Of a stretch of 64,000 bases of DNA, positions 61,967 to 64,000 are shown one piece after another. This DNA comes from the human T2T-CHM13v2.0 reference genome, Homo sapiens. Position 1 is the first letter of the stretch. Each line of letters starts with the position of its first letter. The notes beneath the pieces are model-generated. The model was not told where the DNA came from. It was given only the letters and a program-made list of their open reading frames with translations, and ran no database searches. The stretch is from contig CP068257.2 in assembly GCA_009914755.4 (NCBI GenBank), positions 27,904,001 through 27,968,000 of the forward strand, written 5' to 3'. Position numbers and translations under genes: made by a program.

Positions 61967-64000
61967 CTCCTTCTGCTTCTGTCTTATAAAGACACTTGTG
62001 ATTGTAAATACAATCTAAATAGAACTCACCTGGATAATTTCCCCATCTCAAAAATCCTTAATCACCTATGCAAAGGCCTTTTTGCTATATAAATTAACAT
62101 TTACAGGTTCCAGGGATGAGGACATGGGTAACTTTTGAGGGTGCCGGTCTTCTTCCTACCCTACATATCAACATCATTTCAAATAACAAAAAATTCACAA
62201 TAGTCTGCCTTTCACAGAACTCACATTGGGTATCTCTGGTGGTTTTATTAAATAAAAAGCGGTGGCCCTTGGGAGAGTCTTCAGCTTCAATCATTAGGTG
62301 ATTTTTGGCAACCTTGTTGATTTGAGTTTCACTTACAAATAGGGATAAAGGAAAACTCAGATCTTTGTATCCACTTAGCTGTTTTTCTCCCTCTTGACTT
62401 TACCAAATTCATTAGACATGCATAAAATGGGAAGATTCTGAAGAATTACACTGTATTTGCAGTTATTTGCGCCACGTATATATGTTGAATGTATTTACCC
62501 ATTTGGCCAAGAGGCAGAGCAATGCAGTGAATTTTCCATACCTCTAGGGCTGAATATCTGCAGTGTAACTTCAGGCAAGCTACTGAACTTGAGGCGTTTT
62601 AATTTTTAACATTTATTGTTTTTATAACTGTCTCTCACTTTTCCCACTTTCATAATTCTAGAGTTTGGCTATTACTATCTCACGTTTAGCCTTTACTTGG
62701 CTGTGCTGTATTTCATTTTACAAATCACGACCAGATTCACGGTCCCCAAGTAAATTTTCGTATTTATGCAATTTTCACCAGCACATAAAGTACATAATGG
62801 ATTCATTCTACCTACAAATTAGTCTAAACCTTGACTTTACGTTGGAGGTTGTGATGGTTAATTTTGTGTGTCAACTTGCCTAGGCCACACGATGCCCAAA
62901 TATCTAGTCAAACATTATTTCTGGGTGTGTCTGTGAGGGTGTTTCCAAAAAAGATTAGCATTTGAAATGGTGGACTGAGCAAGGCAGACAGCCCTCTCCA
63001 CGTGAGTGGGTACCATTCAATTCATGTAGAGCCTGAAAAGAACAAAAAGGCAGAGGAAGAGAGCATTTACTCTCTGCCTGACTGACAGCTGAAACAGCGG
63101 CCTTCACCTGTTCTTGAGAACAGGAGATTACATCATCGATGCTCTTCGTTCTCAGGCCTTTAGACTCAGACTAGACTTACACCAGCCAGCTTTCCAGGGT
63201 CTCTAGTTTGCAGATGGTAGAATGTGGGACTTCTCAGCCTCCATGTTGGTGTGCCAATTTCTCATAGTAAACCTCTTTGTATATATATCCTATTGTTCTG
63301 TTTCTCTGGAGAATTCTGGATAATACAGAGGTCTTTGAAAATTTTGCCTAAGCTACGTCTCCAGAATTTCCTACCACCGCTCCCCTATGCACAGCCCCAG
63401 CTGGAACAGGCCTGGGCTCTCCAGCCTCTGTGCTATTCATCCCAGCCTGCAGCCTCCACTCAGCCTCTCCATCTCCTATCCAGCCTTCAAGATTGGCTTA
63501 TTGTGCTATTTTGGTCCACAGTCACTATTCTCCTCTTTGAGGCACAGGCCTCCCAGCTTATACACCCCTCTGACCAGTATTGCTTGTGTTTTCACATGTG
63601 ATTTTGTACTTATTACCACTTACCTTTACACTTTCAGTTTGGAAATCCTTATATCCTCAATTGGATTGGAAGCTTGTCAGTCAAACCTAATTATCTTACT
63701 AAATTGTGTTCTCTTTAGTATTTAACAAAATGGCATAGCCCTTAGGCACTTTAATTTTTTTCTCGCTCTAATTTGTTCCAAAACAAAATTTTATTAATTT
63801 GTGTATTTTACTTTTCTGTCTTCTGTCACTCGTTTCTCTCTTTTAACCCATAATTTCTCAACTCATAATTCCATCTAAAAATAGCGAAATATCTTTGATT
63901 GGGAGTCAAGAAACCAAATTTAGTCTTTAAGCCACTATCAAGTTTTGCGGCCTTGGTTGAGTCATTTTGTCCCTTTTTTAGGCCACAGAGAAATGCACAG

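Overview
This window is primate (almost certainly human) nuclear DNA, not a prokaryotic or accessory locus. The whole 64 kb lies inside the ionotropic glutamate receptor kainate-type subunit 1 gene (GRIK1, GluK1/GluR5), which is transcribed from the minus strand. Nine consecutive coding exons can be read directly from the sequence. They run from the end of the amino-terminal domain ('[14 protein letters not shown]') through S1, M1, the pore loop, M3, S2 and M4 ('[14 protein letters not shown]'). One of them is the 45-nt alternatively spliced cassette exon 'AAGEVSKHLYKVWKK' that distinguishes the GluR5-1 and GluR5-2 forms. Peptides that differ between paralogues point to GRIK1 rather than GRIK2 or GRIK3. 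The introns hold about 18 Alu elements, several with intact target-site duplications and two nested in older retroelement tails. They also hold a MaLR solo LTR, an L1 3' fragment, a DNA-transposon fragment, many microsatellites and a few local tandem duplications. The most interesting signal is a long imperfect inverted repeat. The 3' end of the Q/R-site exon plus about 75 nt of downstream intron (43221-43330) is complementary to an intronic segment about 1.6 kb further downstream (41612-41705). That architecture matches the intronic editing-complementary sequence needed for ADAR editing of the GluK1 Q/R site. Almost every ORF in the supplied six-frame track is an artefact of Alu, microsatellite or antisense-of-exon sequence. 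I found no CRISPR arrays, operons, rRNA or tRNA genes. The 3'-terminal GRIK1 coding exons and the exon encoding '...PRFMNLIKE' were not found and probably lie outside the window.
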